Shown: positions 41,231 through 52,814 of the stretch, one piece after another
Layout: each line of letters opens with the position of its first letter
Position numbering within the stretch: the stretch's first letter is position 1
Source of the DNA: Octopus vulgaris
Taxonomy: Eukaryota
Direction of reading: 5' to 3'
Length of the DNA stretch: 64,000 nt
NCBI GenBank assembly: GCA_951406725.2
Contig: OX597825.1
Coordinates: forward strand, 48,112,001-48,176,000
Notes under the pieces: model-generated
Databases searched by the model: none
Told to the model about the DNA's origin: nothing
The model's input: only the letters and a program-made list of their open reading frames with translations
Position numbers and translations under genes: made by a program

Positions 41231-41280
<50 letters not shown>

Positions 41281-41287
<7 letters not shown>

Positions 41288-41816
41288 TAAATTAGAGATA
41301 AAACCACTATTAGGCAAATCAAACAGTGAAAAACATAAGCCAATATATAAAATTAATTTAAAATATAAAAGTTTAAAAATTATTTAAATAATTTAAACTT
41401 ATAAATTTTATATATATATATACAAATATATATATATATGTATGTATGTATATTTTTATATTTATATATTATTTTATTTATTAATTAATTAATTGTTTTT
41501 TATATATCAAAAGTATTAAAAATATTAAAAGTTTAATAAAGTTTATCTTTTATTAAACTTTTAATACTTTTAATACTTTTGATATATATATTAAAAAAAT
41601 GTTTTTTTAATTAATTAATTAATTAATTAATTAATTAATTAATTAAATAATATATAAATATAAAATATACATACATACATATATATATATATTTGTAAGT
41701 TTAAATTATTTAAATAATTTTTAAACTTTTATATTTTAAATTAATTTTATGTATTGGCTTATGTTTTTCACTGTTTGATTTGCCTAATAGTGGTTTTATC
41801 TCTAATTTAATATAAT
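41281..41816. repeat. ~535-bp AT-rich palindrome
   Basis: Arms AGAGATAAAACCACTATTAGGCAAATCAAACAGTGAAAAAC / GTTTTTCACTGTTTGATTTGCCTAATAGTGGTTTTATCTCT, centre ~41545. Single arm also at 44430-44487. Confidence 0.9.
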
Positions 41817-41898
41817 ATAATATAATATAATATATTTATACTATAAAATTGGATTTAATCCTAAATCTCATTTTTCCCTGTAAATTTGGATTTATTCC

Positions 41899-41960
<62 letters not shown>

Positions 41961-41974
41961 TGTGTGTGTGTGTG

Positions 41975-42128
41975 TGACGGGCTTCTTTTAGTTTTCGTCA
42001 ACCAAATCCAGTCACAAGGCTTTGATCGGCCCGAGGCAATAGTAGAAGACACTTGCCCATGGTGCCACGCAGTGGGACTGAAGCCGGAACCATGTGGTTA
42101 GGAAGCAAGCTTTTAACCACACTGCCAC
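41975..42128 (-). mobile_element. tRNA-derived SINE head
   Basis: Homologous to 3260-3420 and 52290-52450. Confidence 0.75.
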
Positions 42129-42696
42129 ACATGTGGGTGTGTATGTATGTATGTATGTAGCGATAATATCCGAGACTCAATACAAGTTAAGTGTATTCTT
42201 TAATATATCGTACCAGAAAGGTTCCAGTTTCTAGTAACTGATTTATTTGGTTCCAATCATCAGTTTGTAATCCGAGTCTGTTTTTCTTTTGAAAAGCTCA
42301 TTGTTTGAATATTTTTTGAAGTATGAGATGAAAGTTTGAAGGAAACGCTCATCTTTATATTATTTTGTTTGTTTTTTAAGTTGTGTGTGGTATAGCAACA
42401 GAAAGCTGTTTCAGCTAATGTTTTTCATTTCATTTCTGGTTCTCGTAAGGATATTCCAAACGTTTGACGAGTGAAGTCACCCTAATGACTTCCCTTATGA
42501 AATTAAGTTGTCGCTCAGGTAATGCTTAGAGAGTGATTATGCAACCGTCTTTATAAAAAAACAGCTGTGTATCATACTAGTATACGCTAGAGAAACACGA
42601 CTAAAGATTATGTAATTTATGTTATGATAATAAGAATTTGCAACCGAATCCCCACTTTTATTGTGATCTTGGCTATACTTATATATAAATACCACA

Positions 42697-42730
<34 letters not shown>

Positions 42731-42952
42731 TGTATGTATGTAATTGTGTCTCCCACACAATTATTGGTGGACAGCATCCAGGATGATATATCGTATATAC
42801 CACCCTCTCTATAACTACCATTCACACTAGCACCAGAATCATCACCATCACCTCAATCACCACATGCAACTCTGCATCAGAGCACCATCCTCATGGTTAT
42901 ACATAAACCAACCATACTGACATTGCTACACCATAGCAAATACCACTACATT

Positions 42953-43012
<60 letters not shown>

Positions 43013-43311
43013 ATATATATGTGTGTGTGTGTGCGTCGCGTGCGTGTGCGTGTGTGTGTATAAAGAGAGGAAAGAGAAAAAGGGAAATATATATGTGTTT
43101 GTGCAGGTGTGTGTGTATATACATATATACATACATACGCACACACACATATATATATGTATGTATGTGTGTATGTGTGTGCGTGTGTGTGCGTGCGTGC
43201 GTGCATACATGCATGCATGTAGGTAGGTAGGTAGGTAGGTAGGTAGGTAGGTAGGTAGGTAGGTAGGCATGTAGGTATGTAGGTATGCTGGTATGTATGT
43301 ATGTATGTATG

Positions 43312-43346
<35 letters not shown>

Positions 43347-43348
<2 letters not shown>

Positions 43349-43566
43349 CGTAGAGGCGCAATGGCCTAGTGGTTAGGGCAGCGGACTCGCGGCCGCAGGA
43401 TCGCGGTTTCGATTCTCAGACCGGGCGTTGTGTGTGTTTATTGAGCGAAAACACCTAAAAGCTCTACGAGGCTCCGGCAGGGGGTGGTGATGCCTGCTGT
43501 ACTCTTTCACCACAATGGCGGTGCCCCAGCATGGCCACAGCTCAAGAGCTGAAACTGGAAAAACAA

Positions 43567-43575
<9 letters not shown>
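43347..43575 (+). mobile_element. tRNA-derived SINE with A/B boxes
   Basis: GGCGCAATGGCCTAGTGGTTAGGGC (A box) ... GGTTTCGATTC (B box), tRNA-unrelated tail, A-rich end. Confidence 0.8.
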
Positions 43576-43610
<35 letters not shown>

Positions 43611-43654
43611 TTATATGTATGTATGTATGTATATGTATATATATACGCATATAT

Positions 43655-44280
43655 GTGTACAAGACGTCATAAAAAGTAAACAACGTGAAATACGAAATAC
43701 CAAAACATGGCATGCGAACTTTTTTGTGTGAGCAACGAAAGAAACAAACGAAGAACGAGACAAGTAACATAAAGAACGACCCTTCATCAGTTGTGGGCTG
43801 TTTATCTACTCCACATTTCGAGCAATTACGACAAGATGTCTTCGAGAAAACAGTTGCTCCCGCAGAGCAAAATTTGGAATTTGCGGAGGGTCAAAGCTGG
43901 TAACAAAAACAGGACAGTGAAAACAAACAGTAAGAGCTGCTAAGCCATAACGAGGTGAGGTGGAGAACGATGGAGGAAGAATCTTTGGCAGGAGAAGAGA
44001 CAGACAAGAATGCGCCTGATCTGTGTGGGAGATCAAAAGGAAAGAAGCTCAAGTTAGGAAAAGAAAGATGGCAGCAAGATGAGCAACAAGAGAGTAAATG
44101 AGGGGGAGTAAGAAAGAGAGAGGAACAGACAGAGAATGGTGAAGGGGAGAGGAAAAGAATTAGAGAAAGGATGAGAGAGAAAAAAACGAAAGGGAGAGAA
44201 GTTGTTCGCAAAAAAGTTCGTTTTCCATGTTTTCGTATTTTGTACTTCATGTTGTTTACGTTTTATGACGTCCTGTATAT
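43655..44280. mobile_element. element with ~65-bp imperfect inverted termini, inserted in (TA)n
   Basis: GACGTCATAAAAAGTAAACAACGTGAAATAC...CGAACTTTTTT versus AAAAAAGTTCG...GTACTTCATGTTGTTTACGTTTTATGACGTC. Confidence 0.7.
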
Positions 44281-44342
44281 ACGTATATATGTAAGTATGT
44301 ACATATATGTATGTATATATGCATATATATTATATATATGTT

Positions 44343-44373
<31 letters not shown>

Positions 44374-44486
44374 TTTTGAATTTTATATTTTGTATATTTT
44401 GTATATTATATTAATTAATTTATTTTTATTTATTGGTTTATGTTTTTCACTGTTTGATTTGCCTAATAGTGGTTTTATCTCTAATG

Positions 44487-44528
<42 letters not shown>

Positions 44529-44609
44529 AATTAATAAATAAAACATGCATATATACATACATACATATATATACGTACCTACCTCTACATGTATATATAC
44601 ATGCATATA

Positions 44610-47135
44610 TGGGTACAGGACACCAAAAAACGTCGAACACAATGAGAAACGAAAACATAAACACAAAACCAAGGAACTGGACATTTTTCTTAAACAACGA
44701 AAAAATAGAGTACAGGACAAATAACACAAGGAAAATTCCCCTTCTTCAGTCGCCATGGTTTCATCCACTCTGCGTTTCGATAAGAAATAATTAAGATTCA
44801 GTTGAATCAGATACTTAAGTTGGGGCACCAAGTTAGTCCGGTATTATCCGCACAGCTCGATGTGAATAAAGAGCAAATAAGTAACAGAAATGTCAAGATT
44901 TTAGTTTAAAATAATAAGAGAATTGAAAGAATATGTATATATGTGTGTGTATGCGTTCGTCGGACAGTTTGTTAAAATAGAACAGAAATAAATATATATT
45001 CAAAACTAGTTAAAGGATACACCTTTAAGAAATGGATTTGTTTCATTGGTCCTTTCAAATAACGGACTTAAGCATGCGATAAACAAAATAAACAAAATAA
45101 ATGGATTCAATATAAATTATAAATTATAAAAATCGAGGAAAAACCTTAAATCGAAGAACGGATTCAAAATACATATAGTCATTAATTATATATGAAATAT
45201 AATTCGATTAATACAATTAATACATTAAAAATTTAAATATTTCACAACAAAAGAGTATATACGCGAACTAAACCATCAATATACATATATACATCAAAAT
45301 ACACAGATGGATGTACACAGACCACATACATATGCTGACATATATATATATATGCAAGACGTAAATATACACACAAATACACATATACATATGTATACGC
45401 AATCTTGCCCTCATGCAAAAATCACTTGGTGTATACATATAGACTAGAAGTAAAACGCAGAGAGGGGGAAGAAAAAGAAAAAGAAAAGGTAACGATCTTA
45501 TAAGCAACAGATAGCTAAAGAAGCAAGTAAGAGAAGGGGAGGGGGTGTAAAGTTACAGGACTATACAAGTAACGAATAGGAAGAGAAAAAATAACGAAAG
45601 AAAGGAAGAAAGAAAGAAGTCTGATTATGCGTAACGAACATTCACAAAATAAAATTACGCATACATGTGTATATAAAAGTGTATATTACCAGTAAATACA
45701 CATATAAGAACACATAAATATATAGAAACAAGTGCGTAAATACACATCCACACAAATTCAAGTGAATACATGCATACATATACATCCAAGTTTGTATGTG
45801 CATAAGTATAAACATACACGCTTACTTACACATATACATAGGTGCATACATACGAATACATATGCATGCTAACAATACAAATATCCACATAAAAATATGT
45901 CTAGGTCCTGACGTATATACAAACAACATTATTTTTTAAATTCCTGAGAGCATAATAATAAAATTTAGATAAAAGACATGCAAAATAGAACAGCCTATAT
46001 CGAATTATCTATAAATTAAACGATTAAAATGGGTTTATAAAATACAATAAAATGAAATAAAATGAAAGCAGAATCCTAAAAAAGAAAATAATAATATTTG
46101 TATATAACAGTCGAAGGTTTTCCTTAAGAAATATGTCAAAATATATACAAAAACTTTGCGATGCAGAATAAATCATGCATAAAACGAAACAAATCTAACA
46201 GTGTGATCAAAAACTAGTCCAAGAATAAAAAATATACGCTATCCAAATTGCTAGTCGACATTTTAAATTTAGTTGCGTGTCTGCATGAATTCAAGAGTTC
46301 GCTTCTTTGATTTAAAGAATTATTATCCTGGAATAAAATAAAATATTTTTCCAGCAGACATAAATCGCACTTGATCGTTCTTTTATGTGCACCATGCCTG
46401 TATGGTGCAGCTCTATTCAAAATACTCTGTCACATTGAAAGGTCGGGCTTCTTTTTCTTTTAATTCCCGGACATATTTCGCCAGGCTGGTCTTCGTCCTA
46501 ATTTCGGGGTATCTAAAGGAATTTTTATGCGAATAGAATCGGTTTTTAAAAGAATTTTCAGAAGCTCCTGTATAAGTTTTATATTCGCATGAACCTTCTA
46601 TCTACACCTTGTCTCTATATACGATCCCTTTCTCCAGACATTTCCCTTCCAACGGACAGGAGGACCCATCTTTGAAATTACAATTTTTAAGAGAATCGGT
46701 ACTATGGTTATTAGCAATTATCCTACTGGTGTGTTGGTTAACGAAAGAGGTGAAGTTTCTGCAGCAAGAATAGCTGATCTTAAGCGTTATTCTATAAAAC
46801 TTATGGTCAGGTTGAAAATGCCCGGACACTAATTTCAAGAATTCCCTACCTATATTTGTTTTTACGGCCAAATTGAAAGCTGGGTTGAACCACAAATTTT
46901 TCCTAGTTCTAGTTCTACGTGTAGCATTACTGCTAGCATTAAGTTGGTTATACTGGATTTTCTCAGAGAATCCACTATTCCTTAATGCGCTATTGTAATA
47001 AGGTGCAGCATTTTGGAATGCTGCCTCATCCGAAGAAATTGACGACATTCGTCTACCTACATTACTGACTAAGTTCCTAAGAATAACTGGCGGATGATTA
47101 GATTCTTTAGCTTTTGTTATATTTCTGCTGCTTTT
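44610..47135 (-). mobile_element. 5'-truncated Penelope-like element (RT thumb, GIY-YIG, long 3' region)
   Basis: SNHPPVILRNL, APYYNSAL, WFNPAF, KISYSC, CPLEGKCLEKGIVY, YTGASENSFKNRFYSH, CDLCLLEK, LNQRSELLNSCRH. Confidence 0.85.
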
Positions 47136-47143
47136 AAATAAAG

Positions 47144-47175
<32 letters not shown>

Positions 47176-47224
47176 AATATTATCCATATACATACATACA
47201 TATATATGCATACACACACACACA

Positions 47225-48300
47225 CTAGCAATGCTACCTGACGTTGCCCGGCTGTCATGACCTACAGTCATATTGTATTATTTGTTCCTTTCTTATGGGC
47301 AGAATCAGATCAGCTGATACATAGTGAACTGGATTACTGGCGTAATGGAAGTTATTGGATTTGCATGAAAGTACTCTCTTTTCTTAAGAAGGATCACAAA
47401 CTATGTATTGTTTCATAGTATAAAAGGGGGTTAATATGATTTTACCCAGAAATCACGTTTTCAAAATTGTAATTTCCCCCCTTCCCTTCCGCAATTTGTA
47501 ACATTTTTCGAATCTTTTACGAATCAGTGATTACGAATCTGGGAAATATTTTGTTTTTTAAATTTAATTTTTCTTAAAGAAACATTCAACACACCTTCCC
47601 CTTGCTCGCCCACCCATCACCTACCTTCTTTCAAAAAATCTAAAATCCCCCAATGTTTCACTTATGTCTGATGTTTCACGCTTGCGTAGAATTGTACTGA
47701 AATAGTAGACGTAAAAATATACTAGACCACCATCAGAAAACCCGACATACTAGAAAAAACAGGTAAACGACCTTATTTCTTAAGAAACTTCCACGCTTTC
47801 CAAAAGGCTAAAAGTGAAACATTGAGAGTTTGTAGCTTTTTGAAAATGTTGATGGGCGGATGTTTGGGAAGGAGATTTTAGTGTTTCGTGAAGAAAAAGG
47901 GAAGAAGAAAATTCTTAAAGATTCGTATTCTGTTTTTTCTTCGTGAATTACCAAGAAAAAGAATTGGAAAAAAGTAAAGACATGAAGAAACTGGGGTGTA
48001 GATGGAGAAAATTAAAATATTGAGAACATGTTTTTGGGGCGGAATCTTAATCTCCTGTATCGAAAACATAGGAATCGGAAGAAATTTAGAAAAAAGTGGT
48101 GTGTGGTGCAAATGTCACCTCGGACATGCTAGAAACAACAGGTAAAGGACAGGATTTCTGGGAAAACTTCCTTTTAAGTTTATATCGAAGATCAAGTTTT
48201 TAAATACGTTCATCACAAGCACAAATTACAGAATGGAAAAGGGTGATTTCAACCTGATTTGAGCTGCAATTTTGCGCGTGCACAGAGCAAGAAATAGCAT
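47225..48300 (-). mobile_element. Helitron-like element (5' boundary uncertain)
   Basis: Minus 3' end CCGGGCAACGTCAGG-TAGCATTGCTAG|T. Internal direct and inverted repeats at 47590-48170. Confidence 0.5.
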
Positions 48301-48341
48301 AATTCGTACAGAAGTTTTACCGTGTGCGTGTGTGTATGTGT

Positions 48342-48380
<39 letters not shown>

Positions 48381-48752
48381 TGTGTGTGTAGCCAAAGGAA
48401 GTTATTTTATATCACTCTTTCGTTTGAAGCAACAAAGTTGTCAACTCAATCATTTGGTAGATCATATGGGATCATATGATTGTTCGTAATTTCCGTAAAA
48501 TTTTTTTTATTTCTTTATGCTTTGAAGAGAGAAGAAATTGAAAGAGGGGAGAAAGTGAAAAGATGACATTTGCTTTGAAGTGAGACCCGAAGGTGAAAGA
48601 GAGGAGAAAGTGAAAGATGTATGTACGTGTATATGAAATAGACGTGTGTGTGTGTGCATGTGTGCGCGCGTGTGAGAAAGAGAGTGAGTGTGTGAGTGAA
48701 GGTGTGCGTTGTCATGTATGTATTTTTTGCATGAAAGTGTAAGTGGCACTCA

Positions 48753-48793
<41 letters not shown>

Positions 48794-48839
48794 ACACACA
48801 CTCACGTTATCTTTTATATACACGCACAAAAATACATCT

Positions 48840-49133
48840 TTTATTCTTTTATTTTTTCAGTCATTTGACTGTGGCCATGCTGGAGCACCGCCTTTAGTCG
48901 AACAAATTGGCTCGAGAACTTATTCTTTGTAAGCCTAGTACTTATTCTCACAGTCTCTTGTGCCGAATCGCTAAGTGGTGGGGACGTTAACACACCAACA
49001 TCGGTTATCAAGCGATGGTGGGGTGACAAACACAGACACACAGATATATACATACATACATGCATACATACATACATACATACATACATACATCCATACA
49101 TACATACATACATACATACATACATGTATGTAT

Positions 49134-49171
<38 letters not shown>

Positions 49172-49270
49172 TGGTCGGCCCGAGGCTATAGTAGAAGACA
49201 CTTGCCCAAGTGGAACTGAATCCGGAACTATGTGGTTGGTAAGCAAGCTACTCGCCACACAGGCACTCCT
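48840..49270 (-). mobile_element. tRNA-derived SINE with internal microsatellite
   Basis: Same bipartite structure as 2925-3420. Confidence 0.75.
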
Positions 49271-49700
49271 TCCCCTATGTATACATCTTTTTTGTACGTA
49301 TGTTTGCATATGCGTGGGCATGAGAGAAAGAGAGGGAGGAGGGAGAGTGACACACAAACACTCTTTTATACATATAGATGATAAGTAGCTTTCTTTATTA
49401 TAGTACAGATGTGACTAATTCGGAGAAACTTTATTTTTATTATTCACACATCGTCACTCTCGTATTACAACATTTTGTAATTTTTGTTCAAATTGAAAGT
49501 GTGAAACTATTTTCACTTTCTAATGAAACCTGGTCGTTGTAGAGCAGAAGCTTTTAAATAAGTGTAGCTGGTTGGTGAGATAACGTAGGAAATATGTTAA
49601 TAAAAATAAAGTTTATTAGGTAGCCGAAAGATTACTGAACCTTTGATACCCCATACGTCAAAATAGGCAACTCAGTTTTCGAATGCATAAGGATCATTCG

Positions 49701-49745
<45 letters not shown>

Positions 49746-50495
49746 TCAAAATTCAATAAGTTACCAGCTTTAGAAAAATATTGATAAAGTGGTCAGCAAA
49801 CATAATCCAAATAGGCAAAATGTATATTAAAATCAGGGTACAATATACACCTGCTTGCTAGAAAAAAGAGTTAAAACTCTCCAAAGCTATGCAGCCCCCA
49901 CCCTATGTAAACACGCGAGGAGAATGTAGCAAATATTCTAAAAGAACAGTCGTCCTCATTTGTAAAACCGCTCACCAGTGTGAGGAGACATCAAGACACC
50001 ACGGCATTGGGATTGTGTTGTGTCTCTCTTCAGTCGAAACCCTCCCTTGCGCTGTTGAACTTCACAAGATCCTCCCGAAGACAGAAAGTGTTCTCCAACG
50101 ACGAAAATGAACTGCAATAAGATATTTTACGTTCATATAACGTTATTGTTTGAACTCCCACTGTTCTGCATGCACCTCTTTTCAAGTTGTACTTTCTATT
50201 TTTCTAAATACTTACCCCCACCCAAGCATTTCTATACCTTGAAATCTCCTACCATACTTTAGATTTACTTTGTTAGCCAGATTCTGCCGACCTCTCTACC
50301 CACTACTTCTACTGGAATAATTAGCGGATTTTTTCTGTTTGGTAGCCAGCGTAAATTTTCTGTTCGAATTGATTTCATAATCAGTGTAAGGATACACTTT
50401 TATAGGCTAATTAATGACGAGAAAGTACTTTTCACAATAAATCAATAAATAAAGAGATATTAGTAATCAAAGTTTGAACATTTTGGTAATTTTAG

Positions 50496-50570
50496 CCAAT
50501 CGTAAGCCACAGACGCATTCATGTCTGTTTCGCTAATAACAAGAACTCGTTTACCTGTTGCCATAGTAAC
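50496..50570 (+). promoter_or_regulatory. candidate RFX X-box plus CCAAT promoter
   Basis: GTTGCCATAGTAAC (50557-50570) fits GTNRCC-N2-RGYAAC. Weaker GTTTCGCTAATAAC at 50527; CCAAT at 50496. Confidence 0.45.
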
Positions 50571-51306
50571 AGTGTTTGAAAAGTCTGCAAGGAAGCCGTG
50601 CTGACAGCAATCAACCGAGGAGTAGGTTTTCGGAGGAGTGTGTCGTGAGACCAGATAGGCTTTTCTGTATGCATATTTAAATTGTGATTAAACATATTTA
50701 AATTGTTTGTTTAATGTTTGTTCCTTTTTGTCACTAAGCATTGAGGTGGTTGTGAAGTATGCTAAAAATAACAGTTGAATAAGATTTTTTGGATAAATCT
50801 TAAATCAAAGTATATTTGCCAACATCTCGCTCAGAGATTTAAAACTTTTAAATTAACATAAGCACTTATTTACATGAAAGAAAATTGCCGGAGAAATAAC
50901 ACGTTGTTTACAAATATTCTTTTCTGCTCAAGGCACAAGGCCCGAAATTTTTGGGTGGGGGCGGGGCCAGTCGATTAGATTGACTCCAGTACGTAAGTGG
51001 TACTTAATTTATCGACCCCGAAAGAATTAAAAGGCAAAGTTGTTTACAAATATTGACAACACGTACTATTTTCAGAATGACGAGAAAATGTGAGGTCACA
51101 CACAAAATGACAGCTTTCGAATCCTGTTTCCTAACGGGATGAAAATGATCAAATTTTAAACCTCTGGAAAAAATTAAAATAACTCCAGCAATTCAGTTTG
51201 TGCAACTGTATTATTGTGCCAAATTAAAAAAATTCGGTAATCTTTAATTTTATGAGTCACAGGCAACCAAACAGAAAAGGTCCTAATTAGCCACTGACTC
51301 TTCATT

Positions 51307-51374
<68 letters not shown>

Positions 51375-51388
51375 TCCTTCTTTCTCTC

Positions 51389-51445
<57 letters not shown>

Positions 51446-52289
51446 GTCTGACTTTATCTGTCGGTCTGTCCGTCCGTCTGTCTGTCTCTGTCTGTCCGTC
51501 CGTCTGTCTGCCAGTGTGTGTGTGTGTGTGTGTGTCTCTCTCTCTCTCTCTCTCTCTTTCCTTCTCTCTCATAGAAAGCTAAAATTTAGCCCATAAAGCA
51601 ACAGTTAGAATCAATAGGGACATGCGGCGAAAATTGTAGCAGTAACACTTCCTTTATCGTTGATTCAGGTGGGTGAAGACACCAATAACCACGACCATTT
51701 AGAGGAGTTCAGAGACTAGTGGGGAAAAGGCAGGAAGGGGTCTGCAAACCAAAAACCTCACCCGAACGCTTACAACAGAATGGGACTCTGCTAAAGGCAC
51801 TTCAGGGGGCAATGGTGCAAAACCTATCGATGGAGTAAGTCTACTGCATAACTAGGCATTAGGGGGATTTGAACACAGAATAAACACTGTTATACATCTG
51901 GTCCGACATTCTTACAGTTCCGACATTCTTACAGTTCCACCAATCCATTTTTATCGACACGGAAAGAAGGATAAACAAAGCTGACTTCGGTGGAGTTCGA
52001 ACTCAGAGAATAAAAAGTCGGAACAAATACTTGGAGAGAAACTGTTCTACAATCTAATAACTCTGCAAATTGGATGCCTATCAAATGATATAAAACAGGG
52101 CGCGTGCGTATGTGTATTGTGACTTGGAAGTTCCATTGGTCGTTAGTTTCGTCAAGCAAGTCTGATGAGGACAACAACTGGCGAAAGTTCGAAGTCATTA
52201 TTAACCGTATCCTTGTAAGAATATATGTAACACCCGCTGGACGTTCTTGAGACGTCCTTCAATTTAATGTTTGACTGTTTTGTATATAG

Positions 52290-52617
52290 TCGCAGGTGTG
52301 GCTGTGTGGTTAAGAAGCTTGTTTCCTAACCATGTGGTCTTCAGTTCAATCCCACTGTATGGCAACTTGGACAAGTGTCTCCTAATATTGCTTCGGTCAC
52401 ACTAAAGCCGAATAAGTAGATTTTGTAGTAAAAAACTGAAAATAAGCCCGTTGTATATATTCATATGGTAATATAAGAAGTTTGCTTCTCAACTATATGG
52501 TCCCAGGTTCAGTCCCACTGGGTGGCACTTTGGGCATGTGTCTTCTGCTATAAGCCTCAGGCCGACCAAAGCCTTATAAGTGAATCTGGTCGACGGAAAC
52601 TGAAAGAAGACCGTCGT

Positions 52618-52620
<3 letters not shown>
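52290..52620 (+). mobile_element. two tandem tRNA-derived SINE heads
   Basis: GTGGCTGTGTGGTTAAG A box; GTTCAATCCC and GGTTCAGTCCC B boxes. Confidence 0.75.
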
Positions 52621-52678
<58 letters not shown>

Positions 52679-52814
52679 ATTGTTATTGTTATTATTATTA
52701 TTATTGTTATTGTTATTGTTATTGTTATTATTATTGTTATTGTTATTGTTGTTGTTATTATTATTATTGTTGTTATTATTATTATTATTTTTATTATTAT
52801 TATTACTTTTTTTT

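Noticed and set aside
43347-43430. tRNA gene
   Set aside because: Acceptor stem does not close and it continues into a SINE tail.
51669-51834. Exon bounded by TTCAG and GTAAGT
   Set aside because: Stops in all three frames; looks like a dispersed repeat; no further support.
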